Under the pieces are notes generated by a model. It worked only from the letters and a program-made list of their open reading frames with translations, did no database searches and was not told where the DNA came from. The translations under genes and the position numbers were made by a program. Shown here one piece after another: positions 61,901-64,000 of a DNA stretch of 64,000 nucleotides (within the stretch, counting starts at the first letter, position 1; each line of letters begins with the position of its first letter). This DNA comes from Balanoglossus misakiensis (taxonomy: Eukaryota > Animalia > Hemichordata): contig CM082591.2 of NCBI GenBank assembly GCA_040954595.2, positions 9,565,309 through 9,629,308 on the forward strand, written 5' to 3'.

Positions 61901-64000
61901 GGTTGACCCCACCAAACACTCAAAATTAATGGGCACGACACTGGCCACTAGCTCTCCATGGCCTGGTTAATCAATGCTGACGCAAAGGTTGACCCCAGCA
62001 AACACTCAAAATTAATGGGCACGACACTGGCCACTAGCTCTGCATGGCCTGGTTAATCAATGTTGACGCAAAGGTTGACTCCACCAAACACTCAAAATTG
62101 ATGGGCACGACACCAGCCACTAGCTCTGCATGGCCTGGTTAATCAATGTTGACGCAAAGGTTGACCCCACCAAACACTCAAAATTGATGGGCACGACACT
62201 GGCCACTAGCTCTGGCCTAGCTAATCAATGTTGACGCAAAGGTTGACCCCACCAAACACTCAAAATTGATGGGCACGACACTGGCCACTAGCTCTGCATG
62301 GCCTGGCTAATCAAGGTTGACGCAAAGGTTGACCCCACCAAACACTCAAAATTAATGGGCACGACACTGGCCAATAGCTCTGGCCTGGTTAATCAATGCT
62401 GACGCAAAGGTTGACCCCACCAAACACTCAAAATTAATCGGCACGACACTGGCCACTAGCTCTGCATGGCCTGGTTGATCAATGTTGACGCAAAGGTTGA
62501 CCCCACCAAACACTCAAAATTGATGGGCACGACACTGGCCACTAGCTCTGCATGACCTGGTTAATCAATGTTGACGCAAAGGTTGACCCCACCAAACACT
62601 CAAAATTGATGGGCACGACACTGGCCACTAGCTCTGCATGGCCTGGTTAATCAATGTTTACGCAAAGGTTGACTCCACCAAACACTCAAAATTGATGGGC
62701 ACGACACCAGAGACTAGCTCTGCATGGCCTGGTTAATCAATGTTGACGCAAAGGTTGACCCCACCAAACACTCATAATTGATGGGCACGACACTGGCCAC
62801 TAGCTCTGGCCTGGTTAATCAATGCTGACGCAAAGGTTGACCCCACCAAACACTCAAAATTAATGGGCACGACACTGGCCACTAGCTCTGCATGGCCTGG
62901 TTAATCAATGCTGACGCAAAGGTTGACCCCTCCAAACACTCAAAATTAATGGGCACGACACTGGCCACTAGCTCTCCATGGCCTGGTTAATCAATGCTGA
63001 CGCAAAGGTTGACCCCAGCAAACACTCAAAATTAATGGGCACGACACTGGCCACTAGCTCTGCATGGCCTGGTTAATCAATGTTGACGCAAAGGTTGACT
63101 CCACCAAACACTCAAAATTGATGGGCACGACACCAGCCACTAGCTCTGCATGGCCTGGTTAATCAATGTTGACGCAAAGGTTGACCCCACCAAACACTCA
63201 AAATTGATGGGCACGACACTGGCCACTAGCTCTGGCCTGGCTAATCAATGTTGACGCAAAGGTTGACCCCACCAAACACTCAAAATTGATGGGCACGACA
63301 CTGGCCACTAGCTCTGCATGGCCTGGCTAACCAAGGTTGACGCAAAGGTTGACCCCACCAAACACTCAAAATTAATGGGCAGGACACTGGCCACTAGCTC
63401 TGGCCTGGTTAATCAATGCTGACGCAAAGGTTGACCCCACCAAACACTCAAAATTAATGGGCACGACACTGGCCACTAGCTCTGGCCTGGTTAATCAATG
63501 CTGACGCAAAGGTTGACCCCACCAAACACTCAAAATTAATGGGCACGACACTGGCCACTAGCTCTGGCCTGGTTAATCAATGCTGCCGCAAACGTTGACC
63601 CCACCAAACACTCAAAATTAATGGGCACGACACTGGCCACTAGCTCTGGCCTGGTTAATCAATGCTGACGCAAAGGTTGACCCCACCAAACACTCAAAAT
63701 TAATGGGCACGACACTGGCCACTAGCTCTGGCCTGGTTAATCAATGCTGCCGCAAAGGTTGACCCCACCAAACACTCAAAATTGATGGGCACGACACTGG
63801 CCACTAGCTCTGCATGGGCTGGTTAATCAATGTTGACGCAAAGGTTGACCCCACCAAACACTCAAAATTGATGGGCACGACACTGGCCACTAGCTCTGCA
63901 TGGCCTGGTTAATCAATCTTGACGCAATGGTTGACCCCACCAAACACTCAAAATTAATGGGCACGACACTGGCCACTAGCTCTGGCCTGGTTAATCAATG
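55950..64000. repeat. Satellite array of 82/86-bp monomers, about 95 copies, running off the right edge
   Basis: cactcaaaatt(a/g)atgggcacgacactggccactagctc(tgca)tggcctggttaatcaatg(c/t)tgacgcaaaggttgaccccaccaaa; spacing 82 (56131-56213) or 86 (56545-56631). Confidence 0.98.

Noticed and set aside
55950-64000. CRISPR array or repeat-coding gene (ORF 55962..56237)
   Set aside because: Monomers are contiguous, 82 and 86 are not multiples of 3, and frames close quickly.

Overview
AT-rich, repeat-dense animal genomic DNA. A marine invertebrate (possibly hemichordate or echinoderm) is an impression from the repeat content, not a determination; it is not prokaryotic. Left half: the 5' ten exons of a minus-strand gene (26970 to 975, continuing off the left edge) encoding signal peptide, C-type lectin, LDLa, CUB and CUB domains, matching the N-terminus of Drosophila uninflatable. 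Exon 2 carries an apparent +1 frameshift. The introns are packed with nested transposons: a Harbinger-like element enclosing a 5.5-kb CACTA element with a broken BEN-domain gene, a LINE inside a Helentron-like element, an intron-containing hAT transposase relic and foldback TTAA MITEs. Middle: a tandem segmental duplication (about 35.6-42.5 kb and 43.0-47.4 kb) carrying paralogous + strand micro-exons and filled/empty transposon insertion sites. Right end: a 50-bp minisatellite and an 82/86-bp satellite of over 8 kb with multi-monomer block duplications. Everything was read by eye; no database searches were run.
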